From assembly GCA_964016885.1 (NCBI GenBank), contig OZ024745.1, positions 6,262,001 through 6,326,000 of the forward strand: a DNA stretch of 64,000 nt. Reading direction: 5' to 3'. The stretch comes from Eledone cirrhosa (taxonomy: Eukaryota). The notes under the pieces were generated by a model. That model was given only the letters and a program-made list of their open reading frames with translations, was not told where the DNA came from and did no database searches. This document shows positions 47,501 to 61,800 of the stretch, piece by piece; the first letter of the stretch is position 1, and each line of letters begins with the position of its first letter. The position numbers and the translations under genes are program-made.

Positions 47501-49899
47501 ATTGTATTATATTATTGTCAGATATAGTATTATATTACTGTCAGATATAGTATTATAATACTGTCAGATATAGTATTATAATACTGTCAGATATAGTATT
47601 ATAATACTGTCAGATATAGTATTATATTACTGTTAGATATAGTATTATATTACTATCAGATATAGTATTATATTACTGTCAGATATAGTGTTATATTACT
47701 GTCAGATATAGTATTATATTACTGTCAGATAGAGTATTATATTACTGTCAGATATAGTATTATATTACTGTCAGATATAGTATTATAATACTGTCAGATA
47801 TTGTATTATAATACTGTCAGATATAGTATTATAATACTGTCAGATATAGTATTATAATACTGTCAAATATAGTATTATATTACTGCCAGATATAGTATTA
47901 TAATACTGTCAGTTATAGTATTATAATACTGTCAGATATAGTATTATATTACTGTCAGATATAGTATTATAATACTGTCTGACAGTATTATATTACTGTC
48001 AGATATAGTATTATAATACTGTCTGACAGTATTATATTACTGTCAGATATAGTATTATATTACTGTCAGATATTGTATTATATTACAGTCAGATATAGTA
48101 TTATAACACTGTCTGACAGTAATATATTACTGTCAGATATAGTATTATATTACTGTCAGATATTGTATTTATATTACCGTCAGATATAGTATTATAATAC
48201 TGTCTGACAGTATTATGTTACTGTCAGATAAAGTATTATATTACTGTTAGATATAGTGTTATAATACTGTCAGATATAGTATTATAATACTCTCTGACAG
48301 TATTATATTACTGTCAGATATAGTATTATATTACTGTCAGATATAGTATTATAATACTGTCTGATATAGTATTATAATACTGTCAGATATAGTAATATAT
48401 TAGTGTCAGATATGGTATTATAATACTGTCAGATATAGTATTATAGTACTGTCAGATATAGTATTATATTACTGTCAGATATAGTATTATATTACTGTTA
48501 GATATAGTATTATAATACTGTCTGATATAGTATTATAATACTGTCAGATATAATATTATAATACTGTCAGATATAGAATTATAATACTGTCTGATATAGT
48601 ATTATATTATTGTCAGATATAGTATTATATTACTGTCAGATATAGCATTATAATACTGTCAGATATAGTATTATAATACTGTCAGATATAGTATTATATT
48701 ACTGTTAGATATAGTATTATATTACTATCAGATATAGTATTATATTACTGTCAGATATAGTATTATATTACTGTCAGATATAGTATTATATTACTGTCAG
48801 ATATAGTATTATAATACTGTCAGATATAGTATTATAATACTGTCAGATATAGAATTATATTACTGTCAGATATATATTATATTACTGTCAGATATAGTAT
48901 TATAGTACTGTCAGATATAGTATTATAATACTGTCAGATATAGTATTATAATACTGTCAGATATAGTATTATAATACTGTCAGATATAGTATTATATTAC
49001 TGTCAGATATAGTATCATGATAATGTCAGTTATAGTATTATAATAATGTCAGATATAGTATTATATTACTGTCAGATATAGTATTATAATACTGTCAGAT
49101 ATAGTATTATATTACTGTCAGATATTGTATTATATTACTGTCAGAGATAGTATTATATTACTGTCAGATATAGTATTATATTACTGTCAGATATAGTATT
49201 ATATTACTGTCAGATATAGTATTCATATTACTGTCAGATATAGTATTATATTACTGTCAGGTATAGTATTATAATACTGTCAGATATAGTATTATAATAC
49301 TCTCAGTTATGGTATTATATTACTGTCAGATATAGTATTATATTACTGTCAGATATATTATTATATTACTGTCAGATATAGTATTATATTACTGTCAGAT
49401 ATAGTATTATATTACTGTCAGATATAGTATTATAATACTGTCTGATATTGTATTATATAACTGTCAGATATAGTATTATATTACTGTCTGATATAGTATT
49501 ATATCACTGTCACATATAGTATTATAATACTGTCAGATATAGTATCATAATACTGTCAGATATAGTATTATAATACTGTCAGATATATTATTATAATACT
49601 GTAAGATATAATATTATATTACTGTTGGATATAGTATTATAATACTGTCTGATATAGTATTATAATACTGTCAGATATAGTATTATATTACTGTCAGATA
49701 TAGTATTATAAACTGTCAGATATAGTATTATAATACTGTCAGTTATAGTATTATAACACTGTCAGATATAGTATTATAATACTGTCAGATATAGTATTAT
49801 AATACTGTCAGATATATTATTATAATACTGTGAGATATAGTATTATATTACTGTCAGATATAGTATTATAATACTGTCAGATATAGTATTATATTACTG

Positions 49900-52800
49900 T
49901 CAGATATAGTTTTATATTACTGTCAGATCTAGTATTATAATACTGTCTGATATTGTATCATATCACTGTCAGATATAGTATAATAATACTGTCAGTTATA
50001 GTATTATATTACTGTCAGATATAGTATTATAATACTGTCAGATATTGTATTATATCACTGTCAGATATAGTATTACAATATTTCTGATACTGTATTATAT
50101 CACTGTCAGATATAGTATTATAATACTATCAGATATAATATTATAATACTGTCAGATATAGAATTATATTACTGTCAGATATAGTATTATATTATTGCCA
50201 GATATTGTATTATAATACTGTCAGATATAGTATTATATTACTGTTAGATATAGTATTATAATACTGTCAGATATAATGTTATAATACTGTCAGATATATT
50301 ATTATATTACTGTCAGATATAGTATTATAATGCTATCAGATATAGTATTATATTACTGTCAGATATAGTATTATATTACTGTCAGATATATTATTATAAT
50401 ACTGTCAGATAGAGTATTATAATACTGTCTGACAGTATTATATTCCTGTCAGATATAGTATTATATTACTGTTAGATATAGTATTATAATACTGTCAGAT
50501 ATAGTAATATATTATGTCAGATATAGTGTTATATTACTGTCAGATATAGTATTATATTACTGTCTGATATAGTATTATAATACTGTCAGATATAGTATTA
50601 TATTACTGTCAGATATAGTATTATATTACTGTCTGATACAGTATTATAATACCGTCAGATATAGTATTATATTACTGTCTGATATAGTATTATATTACTC
50701 CCAGATCTAGTGTTATAATACTGTCAGATCTAGTATTATAATACTGTCTGAGAGTATTATATTATTGTCAGATATAGTATTATATTACTGTCAGATATAG
50801 TGTTATAATACTGTCAGATATAGTAATATATTACTGTCAGATATAGTGTTATAATAATATATGATAGAGTATTATAATATTGTCAGATATTGTATTATAT
50901 TTCTGTCAGATATCGTATTATAATACATCTGAGATATAGTATTATATTACTGTTAGATATAGTATTATAATACTGTCAGATATTGTATTATATTACTGTC
51001 AGATATAGTATTATAATACTACTCAGATATAGTATTATATTACTGTCAGATATAGTATTATAATACTGTCTGACAGTATTATATTACTGTCAGATATAGT
51101 ATTATATTACTGTCAGATATAGTATTATAATACTGTCAGATATAGTGTTATAATACTGTCAGATATAGTATTATAATACTGTCAGATATAGTATTATATT
51201 ACTGTTAGATATAGTATTATAATACTGTCAGATATAGTATTATAATAATGTCTGAGATAGTATTATATTACTGTCAGATATAGTATTATATTACTGTCAG
51301 ATATAATATTATATTACTGTCTGATATAGTATTATAATACTGTATGATAGAGTATTATATTATTGTCATATATAGTATTATAATACTCTCAGATATAGTA
51401 TTATATTACTGTTAGATATAGTATTATAATACTGTCTGATATAGTATTATAATACTGTCAGATATAGTATTATATTACTGTTAGATATAGTATTATATTT
51501 CTGTCTGATATCGTATTATATTACTGTTAGATATATTATTATATTACTGTCAGATATAGTATTATATTACTGTCAGATATAGTATTATAATACTGTCAGA
51601 TATAGTATTATAATACTGTCAGATATAGTATTATAATACTGTGAGATATAGTATTATATTACTGTCAGATATAGTATTATATTACTGTCAGATATAGTAT
51701 TATAATACGGTCTTATAGAGTATTATAATACTGTCAGATATAGTATTATATTACTGTCAGATATAGTATTATAAACTGTCAGATATAGTATTATAATACT
51801 GTCAGTTATAGTATTATAATACTGTCAGATATAGTATTATATTACTGTCAGATATAGTATTATATTACTGTAAGATATTGTAGTGTATTACTGTCAGATA
51901 TAGTATTATATTATGGTCAGATATAGTATTATAATACTGTCAGATATAGTATTATAATACTGTCAGATATAGTATTATAATACTGTCAGATATAGTATTA
52001 TAATACTGTCTGACAGTATTATATTACTGTCAGATATAGTATTATATTACTGTCAGATATAGTGTTATAATACTGTTAGATATAGTATTATATTACTGTC
52101 AGATATAGTGTTATAATACTGTCTGATATAGTATTATAATACTGTCAGATATAGTATTATATTACTGTCAGATATAGTATTATATTACTGTCAGATATAG
52201 TATTATAATACTGTCAGATATAGTATTATAATACTGTCAGATATAGTATTATATTACTGTCAGATATAGTATTATATTACTGTAAGATATTGTATTATAT
52301 TACTGTCAGATATAGTATTATATTATGGTCAGATATAGTATTATAATACTGTCAGATATAGTATTATAATACTGTCAGATATAGTATTATAATACTGTCA
52401 GATATAGTATTATATTACTGTTTGATATAGTATTCTATTTCTGTCAGATACAGTATTATATTACTGTCAGATATAGTATTATAATACTGTCTGATATTGT
52501 ATTATATTACTGTTTGATATAGTATTATATTTCTAATTGATATAGTATTATATTACTGTCAGATATAGTATTATAATACTGTCAGATATAGTATTATAAT
52601 ACTGTCAGATATAGTATTATATTACTGTTAGATATAGTATTATAATACTGTCAGATATAGTATTATATTACTGTCAGATATAGTATTATATTACTGTCAG
52701 ATATAGTATTATAATACTGTCTGACAGTATTATATTACTGCCAGATATAGTATTATATTACTGTCAGATATTGTATAATATTACTGTCAGATATAGTATT

Positions 52801-55800
52801 ATAATACTTCTCAGTATAGTATTATAATACTGTCTGACAGAATTATATTACTGTCAGATATAGTATTATATTACTGTCAGTTATAGTGTTATAATACTGT
52901 CAGATATAGTATTATAATACTGTCAGATATAGTATTATATTACTGTCTGATATAGTATTGTTTTACTGTCAGATATAGTGTTATAATACTGTCAGATATA
53001 GTATTATAATACTGTCAGATATAGTATTATAATACTGTCAGATATAGTATTATATTACTGTCAGATATAGTATTATATTACTGTCAGATATAGTATTATA
53101 TTACTGTCTGATATAGTATTATAATACTGTCAGATATAGTATTATATTACTGTCAGATATAGTATTATATTACTGTCTGATATAGTATTATAATACTGTC
53201 AGATATAGTATTATATTACTGTCAGATATAGTATTATGTTACTGTCTGATATAGTATTATATTACTGTCAGATCTAGTGTTATAATACTGTCAGATATAG
53301 TATTATAATACTGTCCGATATAGTGTAACAATACTGTCCGATATAGTATTATATTACTCTCAGATATAGTCTTATAATACTGTCTGATATAGTATTATAA
53401 TATTGTCAGATATTGTATTATATTACTGTCAGATATAGTATTATAATACTTCTCAGATATAGTATTATATTACTGTTAGATATATTATTATAATACTGTC
53501 AGATATTGTATTATAATACTGTCAGATATAGTATTATAATACTTCTCAGATATAGTATTATATTACTGTCAGATATAGTATTATAATACTGTCTGACAGT
53601 ATTATATTACTATCAGATATAGTATTATATTACTGTCAGATATAGTATTATAATACTGTCAGATATAGTGTTATAATACTGTCAGATATAGTATTATAAT
53701 ACTGTCAGATAGAGTATTATATTACTGTTAGATATAGTATTATAATACTGTCTGAGATAGTATTATATTACTGTCAGATATAGTATTATATTACTGTCAG
53801 ATATAGTATTATATTACTGTCAGATATAGTATTATAATACTGTCAGATATAATATTATCATACTGTCAGATATAGAATTATAATACTGTCTGATATAGTA
53901 TTGTATTATTGTCAGATATAGTATTATAATACTCTCAGATATAGTATTATATTACTGTTAGATATAGTATTATAATACTGTCAGATATAGTAATATATTA
54001 TGTCAGATATAGTATTATATTACTGTCAGATATAGTATTATATTACTGTCTGATATAGTATTATAATACTGTCAGATATAGTATTATATTACTGTCAGAT
54101 CTAGTGTTATAATACTGTCAGATCTAGTATTATAATACCGTCAGATATAGTATTATATTACTGTCTGATATAGTATTATATTACTCCCAGATCTAGTGTT
54201 ATAATACTGTCAGATCTAGTATTATAATACTGTCTGAGAGTATTATATTATTGTCAGAAATAGTATTATATTACTGTCAGATATAGTGTTATAATACTGT
54301 CAGATATAGTAATATATTACTGTCAGATATAGTGTTATAATAATATATGATAGAGTATTATAATATTGTCAGATATTGTATTATATTTCTGTCAGATATC
54401 GTATTATAATACATCTCAGATATAGTATTATATTACTGTTAGATATAGTATTATAATACTGTCAGATATTGTATTATATTACTGTCAGATATAGTATTAT
54501 AATACTTCTCAGATATAGTATTATATTACTGTCAGATATAGTATTATAATACTGTCTGACAGTATTATATTACTGTCAGATATAGTATTATATTACTGTC
54601 AGATATAGTATTATAATACTGTCAGATATAGTGTTATAATACTGTCAGATATAGTATTATAATACTGTCAGATATAGTATTATATTACTGTTAGATATAG
54701 TATTATAATACTGTCAGATATAGTATTATAATACTGTCTGATATAGTATTATAATACTGTATGATAGAGTATTATATTATTGTCATATATAGTATTATAA
54801 TACTCTCAGATATAGTATTATATTACTGTTAGATATAGTATTATAATACTGTCTGATATAGTATTATAATACTGTCAGATATAGTATTATATTACTGTTA
54901 GATATAGTATTATATTTCTGTCTGATATCGTATTATATTACTGTCAGATATAGTATTATAATACTGTCAGATATAGTATTATAATACTGTCAGATATAGT
55001 ATTATATTACTGTTAGATATATTATTATATTACTGTCAGTCAGATATAGTATTATATTACTGTCAGATATAGTATTATAATACTGTCAGATATAGTATTA
55101 TAATACTGTCAGATATAGTATTATAATACTGTGAGATATAGTATTATATTACTGTCAGATATAGTATTATATTACTGTCAGATATAGTATTATAATACGG
55201 TCTTATAGAGTATTATAATACTGTCAGATATAGTATTATATTACTGTCAGATATAGTATTATAAACTGTCAGATATAGTATTATAATACTGTCAGTTATA
55301 GTATTATAATACTGTCAGATATAGTATTATATTACTGTCAGATATAGTATTATATTACTGTAAGATATTGTAGTATATTACTGTCAGATATAGTATTATA
55401 TTATGGTCAGATATAGTATTATAATACTGTCAGATATAGTATTATAATACTGTCAGATATAGTATTATAATACTGTCAGATATAGTATTATAATACTGTC
55501 TGACAGTATTATATTACTGTCAGATATAGTATTATATTACTGTCAGATATAGTGTTATAATACTGTCTGATATAGTATTATAATACTGTCAGATATAGTA
55601 TTATATTACTGTCAGATATAGTATTATATTACTGTAAGATATTGTATTATATTACTGTCAGATATAGTATTATAATACTGTCAGATATAGTATTATATTA
55701 CTGTCTGATATAGTATTATAATACTGTCAGATATAGTATTATATTACTGTCAGATATAGTATTATGTTACTGTCTGATATAGTATTATATTACTGTCAGA

Positions 55801-58800
55801 TCTAGTGTTATAATACTGTCAGATATAGTATTATAATACTGTCCGATATAGTGTAACAATACTGTCAGATATAGTATTATATTACTCTCAGATATAGTAT
55901 TATAATACTGTCAGATATAATATTATCATACTGTCAGATATAGAATTATAATACTGTCTGATATAGTATTGTATTATTGTCAGATATAGTATTATAATAC
56001 TCTCAGATATAGTATTATATTACTGTTGGATATAGTATTATAATACTGTCTGATATAGTATTATAATACTGTCAGGTATAGTGTTATAATATTGTCAGAT
56101 ATAGTATTATAATACTGTCAGATATAGTATTATATTACTGTTATTTATAGTATTATAATACTGTCAGATATAGTTTTATAATACCGTCAGATATAGTATT
56201 ATATTACTGTCAGATATAGTGTTATAGTAATGTATGATAGAGTATTATAATATTGTCAGATATTGTATTATATTTCTGTCAGATATCGTATTATAATACA
56301 TCTCAGATATAGTATTATATTACTGTTAGATATAGTATTATAATACTGTCAGATATTGTATTATATTACTGTCAGATATAGTATTATAATACTTCTCAGA
56401 TATAGTATTATATTACTGTCAGATATAGTATTATAATACTGTCTGACAGTATTATATTACTGTCAGATATAGTATTATATTACTGTCAGATATAGTATTA
56501 TAATACTGTCAGATATAGTGTTATAATACTGTCAGATATAGTATTATAATACTGTCAGATATAGTATTATATTACTGTTAGATATAGCATTATAATACTG
56601 TCAGATATAGTATTATAATACTGTCTGAGATAGTATTATATTACTGTCAGATATAGTATTATATTACTGTCAGATATAATATTATATTACTGTCTGATAT
56701 AGTATTATAATACTGTATGATAGAGTATTATATTATTGTCATATATAGTATTATAATACTCTCAGATATAGTATTATATTACTGTTAGATATAGTATTAT
56801 AATACTGTCTGATATAGTATTATAATACTGTCAGATATAGTATTATATTACTGTTAGATATAGTATTATATTTCTGTCTGATATCGTATTATATTACTGT
56901 CAGATATAGTATTATAATACTGTCAGATATAGTATTATAATACTGTCAGATATAGTATTATATTACTGTTAGATATATTATTATATTACTGTCAGTCAGA
57001 TATAGTATTATATTACTGTCAGATATAGTATTATAATACTGTCAGATATAGTATTATAATACTGTCAGATATAGTATTATAATACTGTGAGATATAGTAT
57101 TATATTACTGTCAGATATAGTATTATATTACTGTCAGATATAGTATTATAATACGGTCTTATAGAGTATTATAATACTGTCAGATATAGTATTATATTAC
57201 TGTCAGATATAGTATTATAAACTGTCAGATATAGTATTATAATACTGTCAGTTATAGTATTATAATACTGTCAGATATAGTATTATATTACTGTCAGATA
57301 TAGTATTATATTACTGTAAGATATTGTAGTATATTACTGTCAGATATAGTATTATATTATGGTCAGATATAGTATTATAATACTGTCAGATATAGTATTA
57401 TAATACTGTCAGATATAGTATTATAATACTGTCTGACAGTATTATATTACTGTCAGATATAGTATTATATTACTGTCAGATATAGTGTTATAATACTGTC
57501 TGATATAGTATTATAATACTGTCAGATATAGTATTATATTACTGTCAGATATAGTATTATATTACTGTAAGATATTGTATTATATTACTGTCAGATATAG
57601 TATTATAATACTGTCAGATATAGTATTATATTACTGTCTGATATAGTATTATAATACTGTCAGATATAGTATTATATTACTGTCAGATATAGTATTATGT
57701 TACTGTCTGATATAGTATTATATTACTGTCAGATCTAGTGTTATAATACTGTCAGATATAGTATTATAATACTGTCCGATATAGTGTAACAATACTGTCA
57801 GATATAGTATTATATTACTCTCAGATATAGTCTTATAATACTGTCTGATATAGTATTATAATATTGTCAGATATTGTATTGTATTACTGTCAGATATAGT
57901 ATTATAATACTGTCTGACAGTATTATATTTCTCTCAGATATAGTATTATATTACTGTCAGATATAGTATTATAATACTGTCAGATATAGTGTTATAATAC
58001 TGTCAGATATAGTATTATAATACTGTCAGATATAGTATTATATTACTGTTAGATATAGTATTATAATACTGTCTGAGATAGTATTATATTACTGTCAGAT
58101 ATAGTATTATATTACTGTCAGATATAGTATTATATTACTGTCAGATATAGTATTATAATACTGTCAGATATAATATTATCATACTGTCAGATATAGAATT
58201 ATAATACTGTCTGATATAGTATTGTATTATTGTCAGATATAGTATTATAATACTCTCAGATATAGTATTATATTACTGTTGGATATAGTATTATAATACT
58301 GTCTGATATAGTATTATAATACTGTCAGGTATAGTGTTATAATATTGTCAGATATAGTATTATAATACTGTCAGATATAGTATTATATTACTGTTATTTA
58401 TAGTATTATAATACTGTCAGATATAGTTTTATAATACCGTCAGATATAGTATTATATTACTGTCAGATATAGTGTTATAGTAATGTATGATAGAGTATTA
58501 TAATATTGTCAGATATTGTATTATATTTCTGTCAGATATCGTATTATAATACATCTCAGATATAGTATTATATTACTGTTAGATATAGTATTATAATACT
58601 GTCAGATATTGTATTATATTACTGTCAGATATAGTATTATAATACTTCTCAGATATAGTATTATATTACTGTCAGATATAGTATTATAATACTGTCTGAC
58701 AGTATTATATTACTGTCAGATATAGTATTATATTACTGTCAGATATAGTATTATAATACTGTCAGATATAGTGTTATAATACTGTCAGATATAGTATTAT

Positions 58801-61800
58801 AATACTGTCAGATATAGTATTATATTACTGTTAGATATAGCATTATAATACTGTCAGATATAGTATTATAATACTGTCTGAGATAGTATTATATTACTGT
58901 CAGATATAGTATTATATTACTGTCAGATATAATATTATATTACTGTCTGATATAGTATTATAATACTGTATGATAGAGTATTATATTATTGTCATATATA
59001 GTATTATAATACTCTCAGATATAGTATTATATTACTGTTAGATATAGTATTATAATACTGTCTGATATAGTATTATAATACTGTCAGATATAGTATTATA
59101 TTACTGTTAGATATAGTATTATATTTCTGTCTGATATCGTATTATATTACTGTCAGATATAGTATTATAATACTGTCAGATATAGTATTATAATACTGTC
59201 AGATATAGTATTATATTACTGTTAGATATATTATTATATTACTGTAAGATATAGTATTATATTACTGTCAGATATAGTATTATAATACTGTCAGATATAG
59301 TATTATAATACTGTCAGATATAGTATTATAATACTGTGAGATATAGTATTATATTACTGTCAGATATAGTATTATATTACTGTCAGATATAGTATTATAA
59401 TACGGTCTTATAGAGTATTATAATACTGTCAGATATAGTATTATATTACTGTCAGATATAGTATTATAAACTGTCAGATATAGTATTATAATACTGTCAG
59501 TTATAGTATTATAATACTGTCAGATATAGTATTATATTACTGTCAGATATAGTATTATATTACTGTAAGATATTGTAGTATATTACTGTCAGATATAGTA
59601 TTATATTATGGTCAGATATAGTATTATAATACTGTCAGATATAGTATTATAATACTGTCAGATATAGTATTATAATACTGTCAGATATAGTATTATAATA
59701 CTGTCTGACAGTATTATATTACTGTCAGATATAGTATTATATTACTGTCAGATATAGTGTTATAATACTGTCTGATATAGTATTATATTACTGTCAGATA
59801 TAGTATTATATTACTGTCAGATATAGTATTATATTACTGTCAGATATAGTATTATAATACTGTCAGATATAATATTATCATACTGTCAGATATAGAATTA
59901 TAATACTGTCTGATATAGTATTGTATTATTGTCAGATATAGTATTATAATACTCTCAGATATAGTATTATATTACTGTTGGATATAGTATTATAATACTG
60001 TCTGATATAGTATTATAATACTGTCAGGTATAGTGTTATAATATTGTCAGATATAGTATTATAATACTGTCAGATATAGTATTATATTACTGTTATTTAT
60101 AGTATTATAATACTGTCAGATATAGTTTTATAATACCGTCAGATATAGTATTATATTACTGTCAGATATAGTGTTATAGTAATGTATGATAGAGTATTAT
60201 AATATTGTCAGATATTGTATTATATTTCTGTCAGATATCGTATTATAATACATCTCAGATATAGTATTATATTACTGTTAGATATAGTATTATAATACTG
60301 TCAGATATTGTATTATATTACTGTCAGATATAGTATTATAATACTTCTCAGATATAGTATTATATTACTGTCAGATATAGTATTATAATACTGTCTGACA
60401 GTATTATATTACTGTCAGATATAGTATTATATTACTGTCAGATATAGTATTATAATACTGTCAGATATAGTGTTATAATACTGTCAGATATAGTATTATA
60501 ATACTGTCAGATATAGTATTATATTACTGTTAGATATAGCATTATAATACTGTCAGATATAGTATTATAATACTGTCTGAGATAGTATTATATTACTGTC
60601 AGATATAGTATTATATTACTGTCAGATATAATATTATATTACTGTCTGATATAGTATTATAATACTGTATGATAGAGTATTATATTATTGTCATATATAG
60701 TATTATAATACTCTCAGATATAGTATTATATTACTGTTAGATATAGTATTATAATACTGTCTGATATAGTATTATAATACTGTCAGATATAGTATTATAT
60801 TACTGTTAGATATAGTATTATATTTCTGTCTGATATCGTATTATATTACTGTCAGATATAGTATTATAATACTGTCAGATATAGTATTATAATACTGTCA
60901 GATATAGTATTATATTACTGTTAGATATATTATTATATTACTGTAAGATATAGTATTATATTACTGTCAGATATAGTATTATAATACTGTCAGATATAGT
61001 ATTATAATACTGTCAGATATAGTATTATAATACTGTGAGATATAGTATTATATTACTGTCAGATATAGTATTATATTACTGTCAGATATAGTATTATAAT
61101 ACGGTCTTATAGAGTATTATAATACTGTCAGATATAGTATTATATTACTGTCAGATATAGTATTATAAACTGTCAGATATAGTATTATAATACTGTCAGT
61201 TATAGTATTATAATACTGTCAGATATAGTATTATATTACTGTCAGATATAGTATTATATTACTGTAAGATATTGTAGTATATTACTGTCAGATATAGTAT
61301 TATATTATGGTCAGATATAGTATTATAATACTGTCAGATATAGTATTATAATACTGTCAGATATAGTATTATAATACTGTCAGATATAGTATTATAATAC
61401 TGTCTGACAGTATTATATTACTGTCAGATATAGTATTATATTACTGTCAGATATAGTGTTATAATACTGTCTGATATAGTATTATAATACTGTCAGATAT
61501 AGTATTATATTACTGTCAGATATAGTATTATATTACTGTAAGATATTGTATTATATTACTGTCAGATATAGTATTATAATACTTCTCAGATATAGTATTA
61601 TATTACTGTTAGATATAGTATTATAATACTGTCAGATATTGTATTATATTACTGTCAGATATAGTATTATAATACTGTCAGATATAGTATTATATTACTG
61701 TTAGATATAGTATTATAATACTGTCAGATATAGTATTATATTACTGTCAGATATAGTATTATATTACTGTCAGATATAGTATTATAATACTGTCTGACAG

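Larger units (their letters stand above)
12400..49900 (+). repeat. Middle haplotype domain built from ~1,310-bp (57-mer) and ~1,578-bp (69-mer) higher-order units and their rearrangements
   Basis: The marker CAGCTATAG...ACCGTC occurs at 16312, 17622, 19200, 20510, 21797, 26658, 26934, 29040, 30618, 31928, 32595, 34173, 35483, 36793, 40619 and 40895. The 16-bp and 20-bp deletion monomers are confined to this domain. Confidence 0.85.
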
